From an uncultured Rhodospirillaceae bacterium (GTDB lineage: Bacteria > Pseudomonadota > Alphaproteobacteria > Rhodospirillales > UBA2165): DNA of 64,000 nt. Positions 11,155 through 20,738 of the stretch are shown in pieces. The notes beneath the pieces are model-generated. The model ran no database searches and was not told the origin of the DNA. It was given only the letters and a program-made list of their open reading frames with translations. The position numbers and the translations under genes were made by a program. Within the stretch, counting starts at the first letter, position 1. Each line of letters starts with the position of its first letter. The stretch is from assembly GCA_964643045.1 (NCBI GenBank), contig CAZXSC010000003.1, positions 1,993-65,992 on the forward strand, in the 5' to 3' direction.

Positions 11155-12033
11155 TTATTTCCCCCTTTTGGCGCCACTATTTTTCCCAAAAAACTTAAAG
11201 AAATCGGAGTCAGGTGATAAAACCATCGTTGTTCCTTCTCCAAACGCTTTACTGTAAGCTTCCATAGACCGATAAAATTCAAAAAATTCCCTATCCTGCC
11301 CAAAAGCCTCATTTAAGATCGATGTTTTAGCACCTTCACCAATACCACGTTGAATCTGGGCCTCCTTTTGTGCATCTGCTAGTATAACCGTACGCTGACG
11401 ATCAGCATCTGCCTGAGTTTTCGCCTTTAGTTCAGCGCCTTGTGCCCGAAGTTTTGCCGCCTCAGCTATGCGCTGTGACCGCATTCTGTTGTAAACAGAC
11501 TGAGAGGTCGTTTCAGGTAAATCAGTTCTACCTATCCGCACATCGATTACCTCAATACCAAATTGGGGAGCCTGTTTTTTTAACTGACTTGTAATCAATC
11601 CCATTACATCGTCTCGTTTGTTTGACAACATGTCACCGAGTAAAACTTTTCCGACCACCGACCTGACAGCCGCATTTAGTCTTCCCCCAAAAATTTGACG
11701 GAAATTCGCATCCGTCTGCGCAGTTTTCAAAAACTCCAAAGGATTTACGATTTTGTAACGAACAAACGAATCAACAATTATTCGTTTTTGATCATTTAAA
11801 ATAATTTCCTGTGCAGGTGGATCAAGGTCAAGTATCCGCCGATCGTAATAATTTACATTTTGAACGAAAGGTAATTTAACCTTTAAACCAGGTTTGCTCT
11901 CAACACGAACAGGATTGCCAAATTGCAAAATAAGAGCTTGCTGCGTTTGATGAACAGTGAACAAGGAAGCAGATGCAACTATTCCTCCGACTAACACAAT
12001 AATTCCCACTAGGGCGAGGACAACTTTATTCAT
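11155..12033 (-). CDS. hflC: protease modulator HflC (SPFH/band-7)
   Basis: 292 aa with an N-terminal TM segment plus an SPFH domain. Has a 1-nt overlap with hflK. Confidence 0.93.
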   Translation of the reverse strand: MNKVVLALVGIIVLVGGIVASASLFTVHQTQQALILQFGNPVRVESKPGLKVKLPFVQNVNYYDRRILDLDPPAQEIILNDQKRIIVDSFVRYKIVNPLEFLKTAQTDANFRQIFGGRLNAAVRSVVGKVLLGDMLSNKRDDVMGLITSQLKKQAPQFGIEVIDVRIGRTDLPETTSQSVYNRMRSQRIAEAAKLRAQGAELKAKTQADADRQRTVILADAQKEAQIQRGIGEGAKTSILNEAFGQDREFFEFYRSMEAYSKAFGEGTTMVLSPDSDFFKFFGKNSGAKRGK

Positions 12034-13145
12034 TAGTTTACTCCTCCGCTACGTTTCTTTATTTCCGGAAGTGGTAAATATGGTATTACACCAGTGCCGC
12101 CCTCACCTTTATCTATGATTACCTTTTCAGAATCTTGGAGCACTTGTTGCATACGTTCTAAATAAAGACGGGATCGCGTAACTTGCTTACCGCCCTTATA
12201 AGCCTGGTAGACAGACAAAAATCGTTTTGCCTCACCTTCAGCCTCTCGCGTTAATTTTTCTTTATAAGCTATCGCCTCCTGAATCATCCTTTCAGCCTCA
12301 CCTTTAGCCTTTGGAAGAATATCATTGGCATAAGCCTGTGCCTCATTCTGTTGGCGTTCCCGATCTTGCTTTGCACGTTGGACGTCATTGAAAGCATCTA
12401 TAACCTGCTTTGGAGGCTCAACTTTCTGCATCTTTACCGAGTCAATAAATACACCAGCTGCATACCCATCAAGAATTTTCTGCAAAACATCATGAGTTTT
12501 ACGTTCGACTTGTTGCCGTTGTTTTGCCAATGCATCTTCAAGCGTATTTTGGCCAACGATCTCTCTAATTGCGCTTTCGGAAGCCAACTTGACCGTTTCC
12601 TCTGGATTGCGAATGTTAAAAAGAAATTCAGCGGCATTTTTGATACGCCATTGGACCTGATAATCTATATCAATAATATTCTGATCTCCAGTAAGCATTA
12701 GGCTTTCTTCGGGAACGTCACGAACGTTACCTCCTCCCGCTCCTCTTGGCCCGGCTTCTCGGAACCCCACACTAGTTATATTAGTATTGGTTACGTCTGG
12801 TGTGAAAACCTGGCCAATTGGTGCTGGGAACCAATAATTTAGCCCCGGTGTTGTCATTTGAACAAATTTACCAAACAAAAGCTCAACACCTTGCTCACTC
12901 GGCTGCACCCTGTAAAATCCGGTGCCAAGCCAAACAATAATAGCTACAAGAACTAACAGGACAACTCGCTTGGCTCCGCCTCCACCGCCCGGCAAAAATT
13001 TCTTAAACTTATCCTGACTTCGACGTAACATCTCCTCGATGTCGGGAGGTTGCTGACCAGACCCACCGCCTCCACCACCCCAAGGGCCTTGTCCGCCACC
13101 ACCTGATCCGCCCCAAGGGCCTCCGCGTTGGATATCCCACATCAT
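12033..13145 (-). CDS. hflK: FtsH protease activity modulator HflK (SPFH/band-7)
   Basis: 370 aa. Gly-rich N-terminus 'GGPWGGSGGGGQGPWGGGGGGSG', then a TM segment and an SPFH domain. Confidence 0.93.
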   Translation of the reverse strand: MMWDIQRGGPWGGSGGGGQGPWGGGGGGSGQQPPDIEEMLRRSQDKFKKFLPGGGGGAKRVVLLVLVAIIVWLGTGFYRVQPSEQGVELLFGKFVQMTTPGLNYWFPAPIGQVFTPDVTNTNITSVGFREAGPRGAGGGNVRDVPEESLMLTGDQNIIDIDYQVQWRIKNAAEFLFNIRNPEETVKLASESAIREIVGQNTLEDALAKQRQQVERKTHDVLQKILDGYAAGVFIDSVKMQKVEPPKQVIDAFNDVQRAKQDRERQQNEAQAYANDILPKAKGEAERMIQEAIAYKEKLTREAEGEAKRFLSVYQAYKGGKQVTRSRLYLERMQQVLQDSEKVIIDKGEGGTGVIPYLPLPEIKKRSGGVN

Positions 13146-13213
13146 AATTTCGTTCCTTATCTTTTATAATTCAGCTCATTTGTGCATTCGGTTTTGATTT
13201 CACTAATCGAAAC

Positions 13214-13246
13214 ATACTATCTTGCCTTATACTATCTTGCCTTATA
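13214..13246. repeat. tandem 15-bp direct repeat (about 2.2 copies) in the hflK / mrp divergent intergenic region
   Basis: 'atactatcttgcctt' occurs at 13214-13228 and again at 13229-13243, followed by a partial third copy 'ata'. Confidence 0.85.
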
Positions 13247-13345
13247 TGACAGGTTTCACCTTCTTGCAATGGTATCTCGATCTTGTGTTGCCTGTTTTAG
13301 TCTTCTATCTTAACAAACGAACTAATGTACTCTGGAGTCTTAAAT

Positions 13346-14440
13346 ATGTCAGAGATCACTGCTGAGCAAGTCCTCAATGCGTTAAAAAAAATAAAGGACC
13401 CTGATCAAGATAATAATATCGTCAGCTTAGACATGATTTCTGGCCTACAGATCAAAGATGGGCATGTTGCATTTAGTATAAATATTGATGCCAAACGAGG
13501 CGCCAAGCTTGAACCCCTGCGGAAAGCTGCAGAAAATGCTGTATATGATCTACCAGGAGTTCTGACGGTAACCGCCGTGTTAACAGCTGAACGCGAGACA
13601 AATTCTAGGTCAAGTGAAGCTCCAAGTAATCAAAACCCCGCTAGTTCTGCCGTTCCACAGCCAGCCACATTTCAGAAAATGGACCTGCTTGGTATTGATT
13701 CAGTTATAGCCATAGCGTCCGGAAAAGGGGGTGTCGGTAAATCAACAACGGCTGTTAATTTAGCCATCGCCATGGCCGCAGATGGAAAACGCATTGGCCT
13801 GCTTGATGCAGATATTTATGGGCCATCAATACCTCTCATGCTGGGAATAACTGAAAAACCAAGTCAAACGGCAAGTGGCTTGATCGCCCCTCTTGAAAAT
13901 TATGGCATTAAATGCATGTCAATTGGCTTTCTTATTGATGAAGCAACCGCAATGGTTTGGCGAGGACCAATGGCGACAGGCGCACTAGAGCAGTTACTTA
14001 AAGATGTCGCTTGGGGTGAGTTAGACTGTCTAATAATTGATTTGCCTCCAGGAACGGGGGATATTCATTTAACCATGGCTCAGCGCATACCCCTTTCAGG
14101 AGCAATCATCGTTTCTACACCCCAGGACATAGCATTGGCGGATGCCCGAAAAGGGCTTAACATGTTTGAAAAAGTTGATATCCCCGTTTTTGGTTTAATC
14201 GAAAATATGAGTTATTTTAATTGTCCACACTGCGGCGAGCGCACCGAAATTTTTAGTCATGGTGGCGCCCGGAAGGAAGCTGAGAAATTAGGAATGGATT
14301 TCTTAGGTGAAATTCCCCTCGATATTGTTATCCGTAAAACATCGGATAATGGAAAACCTATTGTAGCGACCGAACAAAATAGTCCTCATTCAAAAAATTA
14401 CCTAGAAATAGCAAACAGAGTTTGGGATAAAATTAATTGA
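13346..14440 (+). CDS. apbC: Fe-S cluster carrier ATPase Mrp/ApbC (NBP35 family) with N-terminal DUF59-like domain
   Basis: Deviant Walker A 'ASGKGGVGKSTTAVNLA', 'CPHCGE' cluster-ligand motif, and N-terminal 'ITAEQVLNALKKIKDPDQDNNIVSLDMI'. The ORF opens at 13325. The second Met, preceded by GGAG, is the likelier start. Confidence 0.9.
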   Translation: MSEITAEQVLNALKKIKDPDQDNNIVSLDMISGLQIKDGHVAFSINIDAKRGAKLEPLRKAAENAVYDLPGVLTVTAVLTAERETNSRSSEAPSNQNPASSAVPQPATFQKMDLLGIDSVIAIASGKGGVGKSTTAVNLAIAMAADGKRIGLLDADIYGPSIPLMLGITEKPSQTASGLIAPLENYGIKCMSIGFLIDEATAMVWRGPMATGALEQLLKDVAWGELDCLIIDLPPGTGDIHLTMAQRIPLSGAIIVSTPQDIALADARKGLNMFEKVDIPVFGLIENMSYFNCPHCGERTEIFSHGGARKEAEKLGMDFLGEIPLDIVIRKTSDNGKPIVATEQNSPHSKNYLEIANRVWDKIN

Positions 14441-14523
14441 TGCTGGTCGACTATGGGATATTAATACATACTGATTTTACTTTGGTGATTTTTTTTAATC
14501 AAAGACCAGAAGATTGTAATTTA

Positions 14524-15534
14524 CTATTTCAAAAGTCGCATTAGTTCGGTTTCGATTTGATCCCAGTCAACAGCTTCCTCATCAGGCAAAATAGCCTCCA
14601 AACGTGAATCCCGTCGATAGGCAATAGGCATAAATGTCATCTCTCCTTTTACCCGGTCAATCAGCAGCCAATCCTCTCCTATACGAAACGCGCCTTTAAT
14701 CCGCTCAACTTTCTCCAATCCCTGAGGCCCGGGAGGCCCGAGATAATCAATTAACGCATCTTGATCAAATATTTCATCGTGTGAAAAGATCCATCCACAC
14801 GCTTGATAACCGCTCCCTTTATTTTCTGCTCGCACAGGCTTTCTTGGGCTCGGGCGAGTAACGTTGGTCGATATTACAATATTAGAAGAGTGCAGATCTT
14901 GAAAAAGTGGTAAGCGTTTTTCATTTGCCCTCAAATCTAATAATTCGAGATCGATGTCCCCCATAGTAGTCTCACCAATTATTAGCTTCGGTGGGAATAA
15001 TGACTTCGCCCACTTATAATAAGTCTTTAGATCTTCAGCGCTTGCTAAATCAATTTTAGAGGCAATTAATATATCGGACAAATAAACTTGATCACGAAAT
15101 ATGGCGACTTCTGCGATGCGAGAATCATCAATAAAACGTGGGTCTACAAGACAAACCACAGCACCAACATCAACGGTATCTTTTAGGTCTGCACTTCTCA
15201 ATTGATCTAAAATTCCTGCGGGATGGCCCAACCCCGTTGGTTCTATCAATAAACGATCTGGACGGGACCGCTGAAAAATCTCCGCTACTGCCTCTCGCAT
15301 CGGTACATTCATTACGCAACATATACAACCGCCCGGAATTTCGCGGATAGTGACGTTGGTCTCATTATTAATTTCGAGTGCCGTTTGATCAACAGCTACT
15401 TCACCAAACTCATTAATCAAAATAGCCCAGCTTTCGTTCTCTGGCTTACGGGATAACAAGGAGCGTATTGTAGTTGTTTTACCAACGCCAAAGAAACCGG
15501 TTAACAAAGTTGTGGGTATACTTTTTTTTGTCAA
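14524..15534 (-). CDS. COG0523-family (CobW/HypB/UreG-type) metallochaperone GTPase, paralog distinct from the cobN-linked cobW
   Basis: 336 aa with P-loop 'GFFGVGKTTTI', metal motif 'GGCICCVM' and a CobW_C-like C-terminus. It lacks a His-rich stretch. Confidence 0.85.
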   Translation of the reverse strand: MTKKSIPTTLLTGFFGVGKTTTIRSLLSRKPENESWAILINEFGEVAVDQTALEINNETNVTIREIPGGCICCVMNVPMREAVAEIFQRSRPDRLLIEPTGLGHPAGILDQLRSADLKDTVDVGAVVCLVDPRFIDDSRIAEVAIFRDQVYLSDILIASKIDLASAEDLKTYYKWAKSLFPPKLIIGETTMGDIDLELLDLRANEKRLPLFQDLHSSNIVISTNVTRPSPRKPVRAENKGSGYQACGWIFSHDEIFDQDALIDYLGPPGPQGLEKVERIKGAFRIGEDWLLIDRVKGEMTFMPIAYRRDSRLEAILPDEEAVDWDQIETELMRLLK

Positions 15535-15548
15535 ATTTATTTATCCAA

Positions 15549-16382
15549 CTAAAGATTATACTTCATAAGCTTTAGCGATAATTCCCGAGCCATATAAAGC
15601 GCAACTGCCTCTTCACTGCAATTTTCTTTCCACCATAACCGAGTTTTATTCGAAATATCTTGGAGCCTTTGGTTATCATTTAAAAGTCTGTCTGCTATAT
15701 TTTTTAGTTCCCACCAGTCATCAATTTCAATCACTGGCCAACCATTGGTGAACCAAGATTGTAATTGACGTGCTGCCACTACAACACAACCGGCCCGCAT
15801 TGCCTCATAAAGTCGGAAGGTTTCATGGCTAATACCTTTTGGGCAAAGTGCAATTCTTGCCTGCGCCATGTTATGTGCGTATACACTATGTTGAAATTCA
15901 ACAGTTCTTTCTATCATGATAGCCCAATTTTTTGGATTTTGGGCAAATTCTTCTTCTGCAAAGGCAAAGAAATTCTCTCTATTGTCAGAACGGCCCATGA
16001 AAAAAAAATCAATAGTCCGGTCCTTCATCATCTGGACGTCAAGGCCGACTGTACTTTTATGGCAGCCTAGCGGCACGCCATGCACAACATCGGTACCTGA
16101 ATTTAATGGTAGATAATTCTTAAACACCATAAAAACCTTATTAGCGTATGCTGGGATTCCATGAATACTATCTTGAATCTGATAGACGACAACCTCTGAT
16201 TCGTTCTCTATTTCCAGGGTCTCAGCTTGAGAAGTGACATAAAAAACAAAATTTTTGGCAAATCTTAATGCTCTCAAGTGCTCATCAAGTAATACTAAAA
16301 CCTTTTGAACATGATCCCATTCACCGCAATCTTCCGTCAAATCCCATATCACGTCTATATTATTAAATTTTGGATACGGCAT
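15549..16382 (-). CDS. hypothetical protein, exostosin (GT47)-like glycosyltransferase C-terminal signature
   Basis: 277 aa. 'ARIALCPKGISHETFRLYEAMRAGCVVVAA' follows the pattern 'S.F.LCP.G....S.R..EA...GC.PV' of exostosin-family transferases. It is 14 nt upstream of the COG0523 gene on the same strand. The assignment is by eye only. Confidence 0.45.
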   Translation of the reverse strand: MPYPKFNNIDVIWDLTEDCGEWDHVQKVLVLLDEHLRALRFAKNFVFYVTSQAETLEIENESEVVVYQIQDSIHGIPAYANKVFMVFKNYLPLNSGTDVVHGVPLGCHKSTVGLDVQMMKDRTIDFFFMGRSDNRENFFAFAEEEFAQNPKNWAIMIERTVEFQHSVYAHNMAQARIALCPKGISHETFRLYEAMRAGCVVVAARQLQSWFTNGWPVIEIDDWWELKNIADRLLNDNQRLQDISNKTRLWWKENCSEEAVALYMARELSLKLMKYNL

Positions 16383-16459
16383 TTCATTTCCCTCATTTAC
16401 AAAATAACATAAATCCGCAAGAAGGTCTGCTGTCCGTTACGCATCAGAGTTGTTATACT

Positions 16460-17494
16460 ATGAATATGTCAGACAAGAAAAAAAATATTCTGGAGCCGCT
16501 TCACGGCGGTGATCTAAAATTAGCGGTGGAAGAGTTTGGCGTGAAGGATGAAGGTTGGATTGATCTATCAACGGGTGTTAATAGAAATCACTATCCAAAC
16601 ATTGATGTAAGTACAACCGCAGCAACAAACCTACCATCAAGTAATGATAACGAAAACCTTCTGGAGAGCGCTAGAAAGTTTTACAAGGTCAGCGTCTTTA
16701 GTCAAATAATTGCAGCTCCAGGTACTCAACTAATATTGCAGAATATTCCACCTATTTTCCCGAACCGCAAAGTAGCTATTTTTTCCCCGACTTATGAGGA
16801 ACATCGATACACCTGGGAAAAAGCTGGCAACAAAGTTGTACCAGTCAGTTCATTGGGCGCACTCACTGAGGGGGCTATTGGGGTTGTTGTAAATCCGAAC
16901 AATCCGGACGGCCAAACACATCAGGTAGGTGATTTACTAGCTATTTCAGAACAGCTGGAACTACTAATTATTGACGAAGCTTTCTGCGATAACGTGCCAG
17001 AACTAAGTGCCATTCCTCATTTGGCAAATGGCAAGATTCTCGTTTTACGGTCCTTAGGAAAGTTCTTTGGGTTAGCAGGCTTAAGGCTCGGATTTGCAAT
17101 TGGGCCGACACAAGTTACTCAAATGCTAATAGAACGGCTCGGCCCTTGGGCGGTATCGGGACCGGCTATCGAAGTTGGCAACAGAGCACTATCGGATAAT
17201 ATTTGGATTTCGAAGATGAAAGAGAAACTAATAGAGAAAAATACACGGCTTAATCGAATACTTAAAAAACAAAATTTGTCAATAATCGGTGGGACGGAAT
17301 TATTTACACTTGTTAAAACCGCTCAAGCTCCAGACATCTATAAAATCCTTGGTGATAAAGGAATTCTTGTCCGACGATTTGAAGAACAAAAGAATTGGCT
17401 AAGAATAGGATTGCCTGGTATAGAAATTGAATGGGATCGCTTTGAACTCGCTTTAAATTCTAACTCAAACACTATCAACGATATGAGCGAATGA
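16460..17494 (+). CDS. cobD: threonine-phosphate decarboxylase (class I/II aminotransferase fold; CobD of Salmonella / CobC of P. denitrificans)
   Basis: 'LHGGD' lies near the N-terminus. 'VVNPNNPDG' and the PLP-Lys region 'LRSLGKFFGLAGLRLGF' are present. The ORF in the track opens with TTG at 16370, but the ATG at 16460 (or 16466) gives the usual N-terminus. Confidence 0.8.
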   Translation: MNMSDKKKNILEPLHGGDLKLAVEEFGVKDEGWIDLSTGVNRNHYPNIDVSTTAATNLPSSNDNENLLESARKFYKVSVFSQIIAAPGTQLILQNIPPIFPNRKVAIFSPTYEEHRYTWEKAGNKVVPVSSLGALTEGAIGVVVNPNNPDGQTHQVGDLLAISEQLELLIIDEAFCDNVPELSAIPHLANGKILVLRSLGKFFGLAGLRLGFAIGPTQVTQMLIERLGPWAVSGPAIEVGNRALSDNIWISKMKEKLIEKNTRLNRILKKQNLSIIGGTELFTLVKTAQAPDIYKILGDKGILVRRFEEQKNWLRIGLPGIEIEWDRFELALNSNSNTINDMSE

Positions 17495-18829
17495 GCCCAT
17501 TACGTTTCCGACCTGGCAACCCATTTCTGGACGAACGTTTCCTTGTGCATCAGTTACATGGAACAAACTCGTCACTTCATTTTTTGAAGTAATATCGCAG
17601 TAATGGAACTCATGTCCCCTATAGATATCACCTGCATCTCCCAACGCTCCATTATTTATGAGTGACAGTTGTCTATAGCCCAAATGTAACTCAGGATTCT
17701 CAAAAGAAGTCTCAACTGGCAAAAGACCGATCATATCATGAACTCTACCATCTCGATCAGTTAGCGTTTCACCTAAAACCATAAAGCCGCCGCATTCACC
17801 ATAGATAACAGCATCTCCGGTCGCCAACTTAATCATCGCCTGTTTGAAATTATAATTTTTCGCTAATTTAGTCGCATGAAGCTCCGGATATCCGCCTGGA
17901 AGAAAAACACTATCAACGGACAAGTCTGGTGTTTCACCCGCTAATGGTGAAAAGAAACTAATTTTAACGTCCACGGATCGCCAGGCATTCACGACATGCT
18001 CGTAACAGAAAGAAAAAGCATCATCCGATGCGATTGCAGTGTGATGTCCGAGCCGCGGAACGGGTAGCTGCTGACCAGAATTGGGTAAAATACTTGATTG
18101 TTTCGATATCTTCTTCAGTAAATCAAAATCAACATGGTCCGTAATAATTTTTGCTACCTGGTCAAGCCAAGTATCTAGCTCTGGCATTTCTTGGGCGCGT
18201 ATTAAACCCAAATGGCGATTAGGCAGGAATAGGTTATTATCTCTCGGGATACAGCCCACACATGGCACATGAATAGCGGAAATAGCTCCCCTTAAGATAT
18301 TTTCATGTACTGAACTGCCGACGGAATTAAAAATAACACCAGCGACGTTGATATCCGTTCGGTAATTGACGAACCCTTGTACCAAAGCTGCAACCGATGC
18401 CCCTTGTCCACTTGCATTAATTACGAGCACAACGGGCCAACCAAGCCATTTAGCGGCGTCTGCTGTACTTCCAGAACTAACGGCCTGCCCGGTAACTGCA
18501 CCATCAAACAATCCCATAGCACCTTCAGCTATAGCCGTACTTGTATTCGTAAGTACAGCAACACATTCCTCAACGAGGGTTTCCTGACGCATACACCAAA
18601 AGTCTATATTACGGCAAATTTTTCCAGAAGCGCCTGAATGATAGGTTGGGTCGATATAATCAGGGCCAATTTTAAAGGATCCAACAGAAATGCCTGAATT
18701 CTTTAATGCTCTCAATAGACCTAAAGTAACAATGGTTTTTCCACTGCCAGAGCTAGGAGCAGCTATGATAAAGCCAGATGCTAGGTTATTGCTCACCAGT
18801 AAACCAATCCAGCTGTTTACGAAAATCAA
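17465..18829 (-). CDS. cobB: cobyrinic / hydrogenobyrinic acid a,c-diamide synthase
   Basis: P-loop 'IIAAPSSGSGKTIVTLGLLRAL' and a glutamine-amidotransferase-like C-terminus 'GECGGFMVLG'. The ORF opens with TTG at 18829. An in-frame GTG at 18796 would reduce the overlap with cobA (stop at 18786). The start is uncertain. Confidence 0.9.
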   Translation of the reverse strand: MIFVNSWIGLLVSNNLASGFIIAAPSSGSGKTIVTLGLLRALKNSGISVGSFKIGPDYIDPTYHSGASGKICRNIDFWCMRQETLVEECVAVLTNTSTAIAEGAMGLFDGAVTGQAVSSGSTADAAKWLGWPVVLVINASGQGASVAALVQGFVNYRTDINVAGVIFNSVGSSVHENILRGAISAIHVPCVGCIPRDNNLFLPNRHLGLIRAQEMPELDTWLDQVAKIITDHVDFDLLKKISKQSSILPNSGQQLPVPRLGHHTAIASDDAFSFCYEHVVNAWRSVDVKISFFSPLAGETPDLSVDSVFLPGGYPELHATKLAKNYNFKQAMIKLATGDAVIYGECGGFMVLGETLTDRDGRVHDMIGLLPVETSFENPELHLGYRQLSLINNGALGDAGDIYRGHEFHYCDITSKNEVTSLFHVTDAQGNVRPEMGCQVGNVMGSFAHIVDSV

Positions 18830-19571
18830 CTATTTTACCTACTACAATTAAAGCTGGTGGCAACAAGTCAGACGCCAGAACATCATCGGCACATTTTTCC
18901 AAATCTGAGATGAGCACTTGCTGATCAGGCTTCGTTGCTGCACAAATTACGGCAACGGGGTCAGTCGCAGGACGCCCTGCCTTTAACAAATTTTGTGCAA
19001 TCCGCCCAATGTGCGCCATCCCCATAAAAAAAATCAAAGCCGGCGAGCCATCTGCCAAAGCTTTCCAATTAATATCGTCGGGGATCTTCCCGCTGGCACT
19101 GTGACCCGTGACAAATGTCACTGCAGTATTCGTACCACGAGTCGTCATCGGTATACCAGCATAAGCAAGGCCTCCAATACCTGCGGTGACACCTGGGACA
19201 ATACGAAAAGGGATTTCTTCTCCCACCAAGCGAAGGCACTCCTCAGCACCTCGCCCAAAAACAAAGGGATCGCCTCCTTTAAGTCTCAGTACCCTTTTTC
19301 TTTCTTTAGCGAGTATCACCAAACGATTTGTTATATCTTGTTGCTTCTGAGAGGGTTTGCCACCACGTTTGCCAGAATATTCGAGTTCCGCATTCTGGCC
19401 AGCAAAGTTCAAAATCTCCTCGCCTACCAATGCATCATAAACGATCACGTCGGCATTTTGAATGCCATGAAGAGCTAACAGGGAGAGTAAGCCCGGATCC
19501 CCTGGGCCCGCACCTACCACCCAAACAGATCCGGCCACAAACTCTGGTAATTTAAGGGGTGTTTTTTTCAT
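18786..19571 (-). CDS. cobA: uroporphyrinogen-III C-methyltransferase (SUMT)
   Basis: 'VWVVGAGPGDPGLLSLLA', 'VIVYDALV' and 'RLKGGDPFVFGRGAEE' match the tetrapyrrole methylase family. There is no dehydrogenase/chelatase domain. The start is taken at 'MKKTPL' (the ORF extends to 19598). Confidence 0.9.
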   Translation of the reverse strand: MKKTPLKLPEFVAGSVWVVGAGPGDPGLLSLLALHGIQNADVIVYDALVGEEILNFAGQNAELEYSGKRGGKPSQKQQDITNRLVILAKERKRVLRLKGGDPFVFGRGAEECLRLVGEEIPFRIVPGVTAGIGGLAYAGIPMTTRGTNTAVTFVTGHSASGKIPDDINWKALADGSPALIFFMGMAHIGRIAQNLLKAGRPATDPVAVICAATKPDQQVLISDLEKCADDVLASDLLPPALIVVGKIVDFRKQLDWFTGEQ

Positions 19572-19625
19572 AATACTGAATTTAGCAGACTGGAGCATGA
19601 TTGAAAAAGGTTATAAGTTAAAATT

Positions 19626-20738
19626 ATGACAAATATTCATGATCATGAAAGTTATGAAGAAACAAAGGAACTCCGGCGAGGTTGGACAACAGGCGCCTGC
19701 GCGACCGCTGCCAGCAAAGCCGCTTACATTGGTCTTTTGACCGGCCAAATCCCAAATGAAATTGAAATTCTACTTCCGGGAGGGCAAAAACCTGTATTTA
19801 GGATTATAGAATCAAATTTATCTAATTCAACGGCAACAGCCGCAGTAAAAAAAGATGCCGGAGATGATCCAGATGTTACGCATGGTGCGATCGTCCGAGT
19901 TACAACCCGATCAGCTGATGGGCTAGAATTCATCGCGGGTGACGGTGTGGGCATTATTTCAAAACCAGGTCTGCCAATCAGCATAGGAGAACCAGCCATC
20001 AACCCTGGACCAAGAAAAATGATTGAAAAAAACCTTCAAATCGTCGCCGAGCAACATACACTTGACTTAAATGTTTCAGTAGAAATTTCTATCGACAATG
20101 GGGTAACGCTAGCTGCTAGAACTTGGAACCCCCGATTGGGGATTGTAGGCGGCTTATCAATTCTAGGGACGACCGGAATAGTTATTCCCTATTCTTGTGC
20201 TGCCTGGATAGCCTCAATCCACCAAGGCATAGATGTGGCCCGCGCGACAGGGATAACTCACGTAGCAGCTTGTACTGGAAAGACGTCTGAGGATGCTATA
20301 ACTACTCTCTACAATTTCGACCCTACGGCAATATTAGATATGGGGAATTTTGTTGGTGGAACGCTAAAATACCTCCGTACCCATCCAATTCCCAAAGTCA
20401 CTATTGCAAGTGGATTTGGGAAACTGTCAAAACTAGCTATAGGGCATATGGATCTGCATTCAAAGCGCTCCCAAATTGATCCACATTTTTTAGCCCAACT
20501 TGCTGCTGAAGATGGAACAAAAAAAGAAATCTGCCAGAAAATCGCCAAAGCTGAGAGCGCTGGTATTATACTGAATATCATAGAAAGAAATAATCTCAAA
20601 CTCGGAGATCGTGTCGCAAAAACTGCCCAAGTTATGGCTCATAGGGAACTAAAAAACCAAGTTCAGATCGAAGTCTTAGTCTATAACAGGCAAGGGGAAA
20701 AAATTGGTCACGCGCCATTTGATGGTAAAACTAAATGA
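19626..20738 (+). CDS. cbiD: cobalt-precorrin-5B (C1)-methyltransferase CbiD family
   Basis: 370 aa. 'LRRGWTTGACATAASKAA' and 'GDDPDVTHG' are hallmark CbiD motifs. Has an ATGA overlap with cobK. Confidence 0.9.
   Translation: MTNIHDHESYEETKELRRGWTTGACATAASKAAYIGLLTGQIPNEIEILLPGGQKPVFRIIESNLSNSTATAAVKKDAGDDPDVTHGAIVRVTTRSADGLEFIAGDGVGIISKPGLPISIGEPAINPGPRKMIEKNLQIVAEQHTLDLNVSVEISIDNGVTLAARTWNPRLGIVGGLSILGTTGIVIPYSCAAWIASIHQGIDVARATGITHVAACTGKTSEDAITTLYNFDPTAILDMGNFVGGTLKYLRTHPIPKVTIASGFGKLSKLAIGHMDLHSKRSQIDPHFLAQLAAEDGTKKEICQKIAKAESAGIILNIIERNNLKLGDRVAKTAQVMAHRELKNQVQIEVLVYNRQGEKIGHAPFDGKTK

Noticed and set aside
12960-13140. A repetitive GGN/CCN-rich DNA stretch that looks like a simple-sequence repeat.
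   Set aside because: It encodes the Gly-rich N-terminal tail typical of HflK ('GGPWGGSGGGGQGPWGGGGGG'). It is coding low complexity, not a repeat element.
14441-14523. Inverted repeat 'ctggtc' (14443-14448) / 'gaccag' (14504-14509) and a T8 run between convergent mrp and the COG0523 gene, considered as a bidirectional terminator.
   Set aside because: The stem is only 6 bp with a 55-nt loop, and the T-run is not adjacent to the stem. This is not a convincing intrinsic terminator.
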